Source: Verrucomicrobiota bacterium (GTDB lineage Bacteria > Verrucomicrobiota > Verrucomicrobiia > CAIQCK01). Taken from it: 64,000 nt of DNA. A model generated the notes under the pieces. It did no database searches, had not been told where the DNA came from, and was given only the letters and a program-made list of their open reading frames with translations. The stretch is from positions 61,301 to 125,300 of the forward strand of contig JACRQF010000011.1 of assembly GCA_016222825.1 (NCBI GenBank), in the 5' to 3' direction. The translations under genes were made by a program, and so were the position numbers. The number at the start of each line of letters is the position of its first letter. The stretch's first letter is position 1. Positions 50,432 through 59,532 of this stretch are shown in pieces.

Positions 50432-52153
50432 ATGAAAGCAAAGGCTGCGGGGTTCACTGTGGGAAAAACCAATTCGACACTGCCCAAATCCCCCACGGGC
50501 ATCCAGGGTCTGGACGAGATCACCGGCGGCGGCCTGCCCAAAGGCCGGCCCACGCTCATCGCGGGCGCGGCCGGTTGCGGTAAGACGCTGCTGGGGATGG
50601 AGTTCCTCGTGCGCGGCGCCACGGAGTTTGGCGAGCCGGGCGTGTTCATGGCGTTCGAGGAGACGGGCAAGGAGCTGGTCGCCAACGTCCGCTCGCTCGG
50701 CTTCGACCTCAACAAGCTCGTGGCGCAAAAGAAGATCGCGCTCGACCACGTGCGCGTCGAGCGCAGCGAGATCGAGGAGACCGGCGAGTATGATCTGGAG
50801 GGGCTGTTCATCCGCCTCGAACACGCCGTCAAGAGCGTCGGCGCCAAGCGCGTCGTGCTGGACACGGTGGAGACGCTCTTCGCCGGGCTGCCCAACCAGC
50901 TCATCATCCGCGCCGAGCTGCGGCGGCTCTTCGCGTGGCTCAAGGAGCGCGGCCTCACGGCCATCATCACCGGCGAGCGTGGCGGTGCCGAGGGCACGCT
51001 GACGCGGCACGGGCTGGAGGAATACGTCGCCGACTGCGTCATCGTGCTCGACCACCGCGTGGACGAACAGATGTCCACGCGCCGGCTGCGGGTGGTGAAG
51101 TATCGCGGTTCGATGCACGGCACCAACGAGTATCCGTTCCTCATCGGCGAGCACGGCATCTCGGTGATGCCCGTGACCTCGATGAAGCTGGACCACGAGG
51201 TGACCTCGCAGCGCATTTCGTCGGGCATCGCGCGGCTGGACGAGATGCTCGGCGGCAAGGGATTTTATCGCGGCAGCAGCGTGCTGGTCTCCGGCTCGCC
51301 GGGCTGCGGCAAGACCAGCGTGGCGGCGCATTTCGCCGACGCGACCTGCCGGCGCGGCGAGCGCTGCCTGATGTTCGCCTACGAGGAGTCCCCCAGCCAG
51401 GTGTTGCGCAACATGCGCTCCATCGGCATTGACCTCGAACAATGGGTGCGCAAGGGCCTGTTGCAAATCCACGCCACGCGCCCCACGCTCTACGGGCTGG
51501 AGATGCATTTGGTGACCATGCACGACCTGGTGGTGAAGTTCCGTCCCACGGTCGTCATCGTGGACCCGATCAGCAACCTCACCGTCCGCAATGACGAGAC
51601 GGAGCTGAAGCCGACGTTGATGCGGCTGATAGATTCCCTGAAGACGCGGCACGTCACGGCGCTGTTCACCAGCCTGACCACCGGCGGCTCCAGCCTGGAG
51701 GAATCGCAGGTCGGCGTCTCCTCGCTCATGGACACCTGGCTGTTGTTGCGCAACATGGAGAACAATGGCGAGAAGACCCGCACGTTCTACATCCTCAAGA
51801 GCCGCGGCATGGCTCACTCCAACCAGGTGCGCGAGTTCGTCATGACCGGCAAGGGCGTGGACCTGCTGGATGTCTATGTCGGCGCCAACGCCGTGCTCAC
51901 CGGCACCGCGCGTGTGGCGCAGGAAGGCCGCGAGCGCGCCGAGGCCGCCCTGCGCCAGCGCGAGCACACGCGCAAGCTGCGCCAGCTCTCCCGCAAACGC
52001 AAGGCCATCGAGGCGCAGATCGCTGCGCTCCAGGCTGACGTGGAGGCCGAGGAGGATGAGATCAAGTCCTCGGTGTCCGAGGATTCGTTGCAGCAGAAGG
52101 CCGTCGCCGCCGATCGCCGCCAGATGACCCAACTGCGCGGCGGCGCCCGCTAA
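50432..52153 (+). CDS. kaiC: Double-domain KaiC ATPase/autokinase
   Basis: Two Walker A motifs (GAAGCGKT, GSPGCGKT), FEE/YEE, KYRGS.H and KSRG..HS. Phospho-site equivalent VSSLMD. C-terminal coiled coil. Confidence 0.95.
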   Translation: MKAKAAGFTVGKTNSTLPKSPTGIQGLDEITGGGLPKGRPTLIAGAAGCGKTLLGMEFLVRGATEFGEPGVFMAFEETGKELVANVRSLGFDLNKLVAQKKIALDHVRVERSEIEETGEYDLEGLFIRLEHAVKSVGAKRVVLDTVETLFAGLPNQLIIRAELRRLFAWLKERGLTAIITGERGGAEGTLTRHGLEEYVADCVIVLDHRVDEQMSTRRLRVVKYRGSMHGTNEYPFLIGEHGISVMPVTSMKLDHEVTSQRISSGIARLDEMLGGKGFYRGSSVLVSGSPGCGKTSVAAHFADATCRRGERCLMFAYEESPSQVLRNMRSIGIDLEQWVRKGLLQIHATRPTLYGLEMHLVTMHDLVVKFRPTVVIVDPISNLTVRNDETELKPTLMRLIDSLKTRHVTALFTSLTTGGSSLEESQVGVSSLMDTWLLLRNMENNGEKTRTFYILKSRGMAHSNQVREFVMTGKGVDLLDVYVGANAVLTGTARVAQEGRERAEAALRQREHTRKLRQLSRKRKAIEAQIAALQADVEAEEDEIKSSVSEDSLQQKAVAADRRQMTQLRGGAR

Positions 52154-52174
52154 GTTTGACCGGAGAAGAACGCG

Positions 52175-52465
52175 ATGAAGAAGACCGGAGAAAAAACCTG
52201 GCAGTTGCGCCTCTACGTGGCCGGGCAGACCGCCAAGTCCATCACGGCCCTGGCCAACCTCAAGAAGATCTGCGAGACGCATCTGGCGGGCCAATACGAG
52301 ATCGAGGTGATTGACTTGGTGCAGAACCCCAAGCTGGCCGCGGGCGACCAGATTCTGGCCATCCCGACGCTTGTGCGCCGGCTGCCCTCGCCAATCAAGA
52401 AGATCATCGGCGACCTCAGCAACGAAACGCGCGTGCTGGTCGGCCTCGACCTGCGCCAGGGCTAA
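52175..52465 (+). CDS. kaiB: KaiB-family protein
   Basis: [24 protein letters not shown] and IIGDLS. Confidence 0.95.
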   Translation: MKKTGEKTWQLRLYVAGQTAKSITALANLKKICETHLAGQYEIEVIDLVQNPKLAAGDQILAIPTLVRRLPSPIKKIIGDLSNETRVLVGLDLRQG

Positions 52466-52490
52466 GATGAAAGAGGTTCTTGCAAAACCC

Positions 52491-52519
52491 TGTAGCGGCG
52501 GTCATAGACCGCCGCTACA
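52491..52519. repeat. Perfect REP palindrome between the kaiB genes
   Basis: TGTAGCGGCGGTC-ATA-GACCGCCGCTACA. Confidence 0.85.
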
Positions 52520-52553
52520 GTAGAGGCAAGAGGATCGAGAGAAAGAAGTTCTC

Positions 52554-52898
52554 ATGGCAAAGGTATCAACCAAGACCGGGTTGGAAGCGCTGGAAGAAGC
52601 GGCGGCCAAGCAGGGGACGGAGCGCTACGTGCTCCGCCTCTACATCACGGGCATGACGCCGCGCTCCACGCTGGCGGTCGAGAACATCCGGAAAATTTGC
52701 GAGGAGCATCTCCAGGGGCGCTACGACCTGGAGGTGGTGGACATCTACAAGCAGCCGACGCTGGCCGAGGGCGAGCAGATCATCGCCGCGCCGACGCTCA
52801 TCAGGAAACTGCCGCTGCCGCTGCGTCGTTTCATCGGCGACATGAGCAACACCGACCGCATCCTGCTGGGATTGGATTTGCGAACGAAGGCCAAGTAA
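52554..52898 (+). CDS. kaiB: Second KaiB-family protein
   Basis: YVLRLYITGMTPRS, IIAAPTL and FIGDMS. Confidence 0.93.
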   Translation: MAKVSTKTGLEALEEAAAKQGTERYVLRLYITGMTPRSTLAVENIRKICEEHLQGRYDLEVVDIYKQPTLAEGEQIIAAPTLIRKLPLPLRRFIGDMSNTDRILLGLDLRTKAK

Positions 52899-53603
52899 AT
52901 GGAAACGATGACCGAAGAAGATCTGCTTAAAGAGAACGCCGAACTGCGCGCGCGGCTGGAGGAAGCCGAGGAGACGCTTCGCGCCATCCGCGCCGGCGAG
53001 GTGGACGCGGTGATGGTGGGCGCACAGGTCTTCACCCTCAAGAGCGCCGAGACGCCCTACCGGATCCTCGTGGAGGCCATGAACGAGGCCGCCATCACGC
53101 TCACGCCCGACGGCACCGTCCTCTACTGCAATGGCCGGTTGGCCGAACTGTTCCGCGTGCCGCATGAGGCCGTCGTCGGCGCCACGCTGCGGCAGTTCGT
53201 GGCGCCCGCCGACCAGCCGAAGTTTGACGCGCTGTTCGCCGAGAGCCTGAGATGCTCCAGCAAGGGTGAAATCGGCCTCGGACGCAAGGGCGGCCCGCCC
53301 GTTCCCGTGCAGCTTTCCCTCAGCCTCATGAAGCTGGACGACGGCACTCGCGGCCTCTGCGCGGTCATCACCGACCTCAGCGAGCGCAAGCGCGTCGAAA
53401 TTGCCCTCAAGCAACTCACCGAGGACTTGGAAGCCCGCGTGGCCAGCCGCACATTGGATCTGCAGGCCAAGAACGAGGAGTTGAAGAAATCCAACAGAAT
53501 GATGGTCGGCCGCGAGTTGCGCATGATCGAGTTGAAGAAAGAAATGAACGCCCTCTGCGCGAAGTTTGGCCAGCCACCGAAGTATCCGAACGCCGTCGAG
53601 TAG
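52899..53603 (+). CDS. PAS-domain protein without a kinase domain
   Basis: N-terminal coiled coil LEEAEETLRAIRAGEVDA, PAS (YRILVEAMNE...VITDLSERKR) and C-terminal MVGRELRMIELKKE coiled coil. Confidence 0.88.
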   Translation: METMTEEDLLKENAELRARLEEAEETLRAIRAGEVDAVMVGAQVFTLKSAETPYRILVEAMNEAAITLTPDGTVLYCNGRLAELFRVPHEAVVGATLRQFVAPADQPKFDALFAESLRCSSKGEIGLGRKGGPPVPVQLSLSLMKLDDGTRGLCAVITDLSERKRVEIALKQLTEDLEARVASRTLDLQAKNEELKKSNRMMVGRELRMIELKKEMNALCAKFGQPPKYPNAVE

Positions 53604-53621
53604 CAGCGATCCCTTCACTCC

Positions 53622-53645
53622 TGTGGCGGCGGTCCATGACCGCCG
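53622..53645. repeat. REP copy (TGTGGCGGCGGTCCATGACCGCCG)
   Basis: Same family as 39930, 41249 and 52491. Confidence 0.7.
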
Positions 53646-53716
53646 ATTATCAATCACTCGTCACTCGTTCGGCGAGGATTCCAGCTCTGGAGGCTGTTTT
53701 TGATCTAACTTGCGTT

Positions 53717-53855
53717 TGGAGCGTGTTTTGTGACGTTGAACGGGCGTTTTCTGGCTGTTTTTGACCACTTTCTCAGGCTCAGGACGCGCTTTTTTCGCTT
53801 GGAGCGCGCTTTTTTTGGCTGGAGCGCGCTTTGTCGGAGGAAAAGCACGCTCCAA
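53717..53855. repeat. Degenerate 20-21-bp tandem repeats (TGGAGCGCGCTTTT...) ending in an inverted unit
   Basis: Units at ~53717, 53737, 53759, 53780, 53800 and 53820, then AAAGCACGCTCCA inverted. Confidence 0.6.
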
Positions 53856-54019
53856 GAGGCTTGGAGCGGACGGTTATCGGTTGAAAGGCCGTCATGGGCG
53901 CGGGGTTGGAGTCACCGGTGCTGCAATCGGCCAGCAGCCTGCGGAGGCGGGTGGCTTCCTTGGCGGCGGGCCGACCCGCGTGCGGCGCAATCTCAGCCGT
54001 AGCCATGAAGTTGCGAGCA

Positions 54020-54209
54020 AGCCCGAAGGGCGTGGACATGAATAGCCGTGGGTGAAACCCACGGACAACCAAGCAAGGCCGGTCGAACCCCGTGAGGGGT
54101 TCAATCGTAGCGGTGGGACATGGATCAGTGACCAAGCGGCTGCTTGAACCCCGTTGGGGTTCAGGCCGCTCTTCGTTCAAACATTCCTCGTGTTTCAGCC
54201 CTTCGGGCT
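54020..54209. repeat. AGCCCGAAGGGC...GCCCTTCGGGCT palindromic REP-like element
   Basis: Terminal IR with nested hairpins CCGTGGGTGAAACCCACGG and GAACCCC...GGGGTTC. Confidence 0.7.
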
Positions 54210-54357
54210 GAAGTTGAACTGCATGGTTGCGGCTCAGGCCAGAGCCGGTTTGGCGCGCCGCCCAAGCCGCTCCTGAAACGAAACCCACGCCCCTTCGCCC
54301 GGGGCGCAACCTGCCTCTTGCGCGGCGGCGGGGCTTTGGCTATTGTCGCCGCACTTT

Positions 54358-55461
54358 ATGAACAGAGATCACGTCAAACTTTTCATTCCGGGACCGATTG
54401 AAGTCAGCGAGAAGACCTTTCGGGCGATGGGCAAGCCGATGATCGGCCATCGCGGCCAGGGCTTTCAGGACCTCTACGCGGCCATGCAGCCGAAGCTCCA
54501 GCAATTGCTCTACACGAAGAATCCCGTGTTCCTCAGCACTTCCAGCGCGTGGGGCGTGATGGAAGCCGCCGTGCGCAACCTCTCGGTCAAGCGCGTGCTG
54601 AACTGCTGCTGCGGGGCGTTCAGCGACAAGTGGAACGATGTCTCGCTGCGTTGCGGCAAGGAGGCCGACGCGTTGAAGGTGGCGTGGGGCGATCCGATCC
54701 TGCCGGAGATGATCCGCGAGAAGCTCGCCATGGGCCGTTACGACGCGATGACGCTCATCCACAACGAAACCTCGACCGGCGTGATGAACCCGCTGTCGTC
54801 CATTGCCGAGGTGATGAAGCAGTTCCCGGACGTGATGTTCATCGTGGACAGCGTCAGCTCGATGAGCGGCGTGAAGATCGAGATGGACGCGCTGGGCATT
54901 GACGTGCTGCTGGCGGGGATGCAGAAGGCGTTCGCGCTGCCGCCGGGCTTGGCGGTGTTCGGCGTGAGCGCGCGGGCGCTCAAGCGCGCGGAGTCGGTGC
55001 CGGGCCGCGGCTATTATTTCGATTTCCTGGAGTTCAAGGCGAACCACGACAAGAACATGACGCCGAGCACGCCGGTGATCCCGCTCATCTACGCGCTGGC
55101 GGCCAAGCTCGATGACATCTTTGCGGAAGGACTCGACGCGCGTTTCGCTCGTCACCAGAAGCTCGCCGGGATGGTGCGCGGCTGGGGCGCACGCAACGGC
55201 ATCGAGCTGCTGCCCGCGCCGGCGTATCAGTCCATCACACTGAGCTGCTTCGACAACGGCGCGCGCGCCAGCGGCAAGGGCCGGAAGATTGACGTGGCGA
55301 AGTTCCAGAAGACGCTCAAGGAGCGGCACAAGATTTTGATTGATGGCGGCTACGGCAAGATCAAGGGCCTGAGCTTCCGCGTCGCTCACATGGGCGACGA
55401 GACGGTGGAGACGATCAACGAATTGATCGGCGCGCTGGACGACAGCCTCAAGGGGCTGTAA
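54358..55461 (+). CDS. Class V PLP aminotransferase (alanine-glyoxylate/serine-pyruvate family)
   Basis: LFIPGP, IGHRG, HNETSTG, VDSVSS, GMQKAFALPPG and FRVAHMG. Confidence 0.93.
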   Translation: MNRDHVKLFIPGPIEVSEKTFRAMGKPMIGHRGQGFQDLYAAMQPKLQQLLYTKNPVFLSTSSAWGVMEAAVRNLSVKRVLNCCCGAFSDKWNDVSLRCGKEADALKVAWGDPILPEMIREKLAMGRYDAMTLIHNETSTGVMNPLSSIAEVMKQFPDVMFIVDSVSSMSGVKIEMDALGIDVLLAGMQKAFALPPGLAVFGVSARALKRAESVPGRGYYFDFLEFKANHDKNMTPSTPVIPLIYALAAKLDDIFAEGLDARFARHQKLAGMVRGWGARNGIELLPAPAYQSITLSCFDNGARASGKGRKIDVAKFQKTLKERHKILIDGGYGKIKGLSFRVAHMGDETVETINELIGALDDSLKGL

Positions 55462-55554
55462 TCCTTCTCGACAGCCATAAGCGGGTGTTTTAGACTGCGG
55501 GCCGGTTTGGAGCGGCCGGCAGCGGCAACACGCAGCGCAACACCTAAGGAACTT

Positions 55555-55881
55555 ATGGTTAATCTCTCTGACATTGTAACCTTTGTTTACGGCGTCGTTG
55601 GATTCGCCATCGGCTGGTTGTGGGGGCGGCACCGCAGCAACGCGGCCAGTTTCATGGCGTCGGTGATTGTCGGGGCCGCGGGCTTCGCGGTGGGCAAAGG
55701 CTTGGAATGGGTCCAGATCCTGACGGAGTCGTGGATTGACAAGCTCGGCCAGAGCTACAAGTTCCTCGGCACGTCGGCCAACGTGCTGGCCAACGTCATT
55801 TGGTGCGCCGTCATCATCGCGATCCCGGCAATCGCGATCGCCGCTTTCAGAAAGACAGACCGTCGCCCCGCCGCCGAGTAG
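55555..55881 (+). CDS. Small membrane protein (about 3 TM)
   Basis: Three hydrophobic segments. AAGGA RBS. Confidence 0.7.
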   Translation: MVNLSDIVTFVYGVVGFAIGWLWGRHRSNAASFMASVIVGAAGFAVGKGLEWVQILTESWIDKLGQSYKFLGTSANVLANVIWCAVIIAIPAIAIAAFRKTDRRPAAE

Positions 55882-55932
55882 GAGCCGTCCCGGCGTCCTG
55901 CCACCATCCGCGCTGTCCCCCTCCCCTCGTCG

Positions 55933-56000
55933 TAAGAAAATCTCCTAGGCCACAATCAGTTTTGCTCCGAGTGTTCCAACGGGGGCGGATGTGCCAGAGT
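55933..56000 (+). promoter_or_regulatory. TAAG-N7-CCTA box plus promoter of the NarL-type regulator
   Basis: TAAGAAAATCTCCTA, with -10-like CAGAGT 48 nt downstream. Confidence 0.6.
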
Positions 56001-56049
56001 TGCAGCGCTTGCAGCCGCTGCGTTTCTGCAAGGCGTGAGAGACATCTTT

Positions 56050-56727
56050 ATGAAGACTGCAACGACGGCATCCGCCGGTATCAAGCGTGCGCGCGTGCTG
56101 GTGGTCGAGGACCATCCAATGCTGCGCAAGGGATTGGTCCAGTGCATCAACGACGAACCCGACCTCGTCGTTTGTGGCGAGGCCGGCACCATCGCGCAGG
56201 CCATGAAGCTGGCGCCCTCGTTGAAGCCCGAAGCCGCCGTCGTGGACATCGGTCTTCCCGACGGTCACGGCCTGGAACTGGTCAAGAGCCTCAAGTCCCT
56301 GCTGCATCAGGTAAAGATCCTGGTGCTGTCCATGCACGAGGAATCGGTCTATGCGGCGCGGGCATTGCAGGCCGGCGCGCACGGCTACATCATGAAGAAA
56401 GAAACGCCGGAGCAGGTGATCGCCGCCCTTCGCCAGGTGATCAAAGGCGAGATCTCCCTCAGCGGGGCGGCGACGGGCAAGTTGCTGACGCGAGCGGTCA
56501 GTCGCAGCCCGGAGGCGCCCCTGACGCCGGAGGAACGGCTCAGCGACCGCGAGTTGGAGGTCTTCGAGTTGATCGGCCAGGGCAAGAGCGCCAAGGCCAT
56601 CGCCGAGCAATTGCGCCTGAGTCCCAAGACCATCTCCGCTTACCGCGAGAACATGAAACTCAAGCTCGGCCTGCGCGACAGCAGTTCGCTGGCCCACCAA
56701 GCCTTTAGCTGGGTGCAGGAGCACTGA
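56050..56727 (+). CDS. NarL/FixJ-family DNA-binding response regulator
   Basis: VLVVEDHP, VVDIGL, VLSMH, YIMK and LuxR HTH LSDRELEVFELIGQG...IAEQL.LSPKT. Confidence 0.95.
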   Translation: MKTATTASAGIKRARVLVVEDHPMLRKGLVQCINDEPDLVVCGEAGTIAQAMKLAPSLKPEAAVVDIGLPDGHGLELVKSLKSLLHQVKILVLSMHEESVYAARALQAGAHGYIMKKETPEQVIAALRQVIKGEISLSGAATGKLLTRAVSRSPEAPLTPEERLSDRELEVFELIGQGKSAKAIAEQLRLSPKTISAYRENMKLKLGLRDSSSLAHQAFSWVQEH

Positions 56728-56798
56728 TCCCAAGGCAAGACGGCCGCCCGCCGCGCCGTCCAAGGCCGCAGATCGGGTTTCAACGCCCTCCCCCGCGC

Positions 56799-56866
56799 TA
56801 GGGATACTCCCTACCTCACAAACGGGTTTGCCCCGATTGTCACGCCGCGGCCGGGCGTGCCAACAT
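56799..56866 (+). promoter_or_regulatory. TAGG-N7-CCTA box plus promoter
   Basis: TAGGGATACTCCCTA, then TTGTCA and -10-like CAACAT. Confidence 0.65.
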
Positions 56867-56940
56867 CCGCGTGACGTAAAACGAGGTGACGCAAACCCGA
56901 CATGAAAACTGCGCGGCCTGACCGGCAAAGGAGAACGACG

Positions 56941-57180
56941 ATGAAGACGCAAACATTGGGACAGACCGATGTTCAAACGACGCCCGCCTACCCCTATCTG
57001 GTCTGGGACAATGACGGCCGCACTCACGGACTCGACGTCACCTACCGGCCGGAGGCGTGGGCGATGTTCTTCGCTGATGATGTCCGCGGTGGCGCGCTCG
57101 CGATCCTCACCGCGCGCGAAACATGGCCGCAATCACCTTGCGGGCCAAACGCTGATTGCCAGAAGCCCGAAGCGTCGTGA
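56941..57180 (+). CDS. Small hypothetical protein
   Basis: AAGGAG RBS before ATG 56941, and a box-containing promoter. Confidence 0.55.
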   Translation: MKTQTLGQTDVQTTPAYPYLVWDNDGRTHGLDVTYRPEAWAMFFADDVRGGALAILTARETWPQSPCGPNADCQKPEAS

Positions 57181-57322
57181 AGGCGCGGCGGCAAGCCGAA
57201 CTCCGGCTTCTTCTCCCCCACAACGCAACCGCCCCCATCGCGCGCCGCGCTCGCAAGGGTGGGCTCCCCAAGTTTACGACGAGCCTTTCTACCAACTGCG
57301 CCGGCCCCCCTCTTCCCGATCG

Positions 57323-58201
57323 CTATTGGAGCGTTGTCTTTGACAGCGCACTGGACCACGCCGTGGGTCCATCGTCATTCAACGCCTGCACCCGGTAGAG
57401 GTATTTGGTCCCCGGAGTCAAACCGGAGTCCTGAACCGCGGTCGCGCTGCCCGGAGTTTGCACAATCTGCGTCCAAGTCGCGCCGCCGTCGGAACTCCGT
57501 TGCACGCGGAATCCCTGGCTGGCGCCATTGAAGCTCCAAGCGATGCTGATGGATGTGCGCTGCGTCGTTGCAGCCCTCAGGTTGGTCGGCACGGTGGCAG
57601 TAGCCCGAACCGCTGGCGGCGCACTGGAACCGACCGAACCCGCTGCCCGGCCAAGGGAAGCCACCTGCATGGGGCGTCCCGCAGCGGGGAGCCGCGCCCG
57701 CAAAGCCGCGGCGTCCCCGGCATTCTGAAACGCTGCCGGCCCGGCAACCCCCGCCCGAACCGCCGCCGGCTTGGGGGAGGCCGCCCGCACGGGCCGTCCA
57801 GCGGCGGCTGGCGATTCCCGCAAGGCGGTCGCATCTCCATTGTTCTGGACCGCCGCCGGCGCGGCAGGACCGGCCGGACTCGCCGCCGGCATGAAGAAGG
57901 TGGCTTTAACGGGTTGTCCAGCGGCGGCCATCCGCGCGTGCCGGGCGGCGGCGGCCTCCAGCGCCGCCGCTCCCTCGGCGTCAATCTGCGCCTGACCCTG
58001 ATCTGCCCCCCAAAGGAGGACGGCCGCGATGGCGCCCAAGAAGACAACGCCTCTCTGCGTGTCCGCGTTTTTCTTTTGGCCGACACCATTCTCTGCTGCC
58101 GCGGACTGCGGGTCGGCGCCTGAACATTCTCTCATCGCAGCAACCACCCGGATTCTCGGCTTGATTGACGTATTGTTGGTTTGTGACTTTTGTTCGCTCA
58201 T
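57323..58201 (-). CDS. Membrane-anchored or secreted protein with Pro/Ala-rich linker and C-terminal fibronectin type III domain
   Basis: PTNLRA...SISIAW...GFRVQRS.DGG..W...DSGLTPGTKYLYRVQALN. Hydrophobic segment near the N-terminus. Confidence 0.8.
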   Translation of the reverse strand: MSEQKSQTNNTSIKPRIRVVAAMRECSGADPQSAAAENGVGQKKNADTQRGVVFLGAIAAVLLWGADQGQAQIDAEGAAALEAAAARHARMAAAGQPVKATFFMPAASPAGPAAPAAVQNNGDATALRESPAAAGRPVRAASPKPAAVRAGVAGPAAFQNAGDAAALRARLPAAGRPMQVASLGRAAGSVGSSAPPAVRATATVPTNLRAATTQRTSISIAWSFNGASQGFRVQRSSDGGATWTQIVQTPGSATAVQDSGLTPGTKYLYRVQALNDDGPTAWSSALSKTTLQ

Positions 58202-58209
58202 GACGCCCT

Positions 58210-58426
58210 ACTCTCCGCGCGCATCCAGCGCCCCGCAATGGGGCAATCTCCCCAACAACGTCTAAGGAACATTCCCTAGGGAGGATTCGAGCGCGGGCCA
58301 AGGAGATATGCCTGCACTCGTCTCCCGCCGCCGCCACCAGAGAAATCTCCGATGCGGTTAGGGACCGTTCCTAGGATCGTTTCGGCATTAGCCCGTCTGT
58401 TGCGCCGCGGCCTTTGCGCGTAATCT
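58210..58426. promoter_or_regulatory. Divergent promoter pair, each with a box
   Basis: TAAGGAACATTCCCTA (58263-58278) with minus-strand TTGCGG-N17-GAGAGT. TAGGGACCGTTCCTA (58359-58373) with TAATCT 48 nt downstream. Confidence 0.65.
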
Positions 58427-58459
58427 CTCAGGCACGGTCATGCAGAACCAGGAACACTC

Positions 58460-58948
58460 ATGAAAATTCAAACTGAAGACATTGGCTGGAACCTGAAGCG
58501 GCAGTGCAACGCCGTCATCATCCACGAGGATGCGGCAGCCGAAAGCCGCGCCCGGGTTCTGTGGCAAGCCATCTTCAACGACATGGGGCCGGACATCCCG
58601 TGCGTCGTCACGTATATGACGACCGCGCAGATGGGGAGCATGCTGGTGTGCGAGGGAGCCGGCCAGATTGATATCGTGATCATCTCCGTGCATGATGCCG
58701 TCCGTTGCCTCGCTGGCGGCGCTTGGTGGCTCACCGATTGGCTGAATGCCCAGTCTCGCATGCCGCGCGCGTTGTTCCTGCTCCACGACGGCGACGATGA
58801 CTCCGATGTGGTGCGGGGACTGAGCGCGCTCGCCGAGGGCGCGGGCGTGACCATGTTCAGCCGTGGCCACAGCGAAGTGCCTGGTTTTCCCGCCACCCAC
58901 TCGGTGCCCGATCACATGCCAGCGGAGCAATTCGCCGGCGTGTCATAA
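58460..58948 (+). CDS. Hypothetical alpha/beta protein (possible degenerate receiver fold)
   Basis: AVIIHED, IDIVIISVH and RALFLL strand pattern. Fold is inference. Confidence 0.65.
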   Translation: MKIQTEDIGWNLKRQCNAVIIHEDAAAESRARVLWQAIFNDMGPDIPCVVTYMTTAQMGSMLVCEGAGQIDIVIISVHDAVRCLAGGAWWLTDWLNAQSRMPRALFLLHDGDDDSDVVRGLSALAEGAGVTMFSRGHSEVPGFPATHSVPDHMPAEQFAGVS

Positions 58949-59000
58949 CGAGCAACACCCGCCTGACAACGCCATTTCTTATCGAAACCTGGAACACCCC

Positions 59001-59456
59001 ATGAAAGCCACCGAAGTCTTGGTCAGCCACCACTCTTTTCTTCGCGCACTGTTCGATGAAATCGAGCGTGCAATGCGTGACGTGGACACCTCGGCGGAGA
59101 TCAGCACGTTCGCCTGCATGGTTGAAGCTCTGATGCTTGATCACGCCGAAGCGGAAGAAACCCTTTTGTTTGCCCCCTTGGACAACATGCTCATGGAGAA
59201 AGGCCAGCTTATGCAGCTTTACTCCAACCACCGCGAATGTCTCAGTCTCTTGCAGAAGGCGCAGGAGGCGCGGCCCGTCACAGAAGCCAAAAGCCTCCTG
59301 TTGGTTGCGATGCGCATGCTGCGCGATCACTTCCGCGACGAAGAGCGGAAGATCATCCTGCTGGCCGAAACCACGTTTCAACCCAAGTCGCTCCAGAAAC
59401 TCGGCGACTTGTGGGTGGAGCGGCACGCGCCTTCAGACGAGCAGCTTGCGCGATAA
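59001..59456 (+). CDS. Hemerythrin/HHE domain protein
   Basis: H..L...E, HAEAEETLLF, NH and HFRDEE di-iron ligand pattern. Confidence 0.85.
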   Translation: MKATEVLVSHHSFLRALFDEIERAMRDVDTSAEISTFACMVEALMLDHAEAEETLLFAPLDNMLMEKGQLMQLYSNHRECLSLLQKAQEARPVTEAKSLLLVAMRMLRDHFRDEERKIILLAETTFQPKSLQKLGDLWVERHAPSDEQLAR

Positions 59457-59532
59457 CCCGGCGCCGTTCCGCCGGGGCTGGCAGGGCGCGCCTCTACGCC
59501 GATTCAAGAGAGGCTCGTCGTCGCCGCGTCAG

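Noticed and set aside
48314-52294. Long antisense ORFs opposite ilvB and kaiC (similar ones at 20353-21675, 23721-25256, 26629-28668)
   Set aside because: Shadow ORFs caused by high-GC codon bias of the real opposite-strand genes, with no motifs.
50432-52898. Calling this a true circadian clock
   Set aside because: No kaiA in the window and the KaiC is a non-cyanobacterial type; oscillation cannot be inferred from sequence.
56865-56935. c-di-GMP-I riboswitch (GACGCAAA)
   Set aside because: Lacks the GGCAAACC/GAAA P2 stem-loop and a credible P1.
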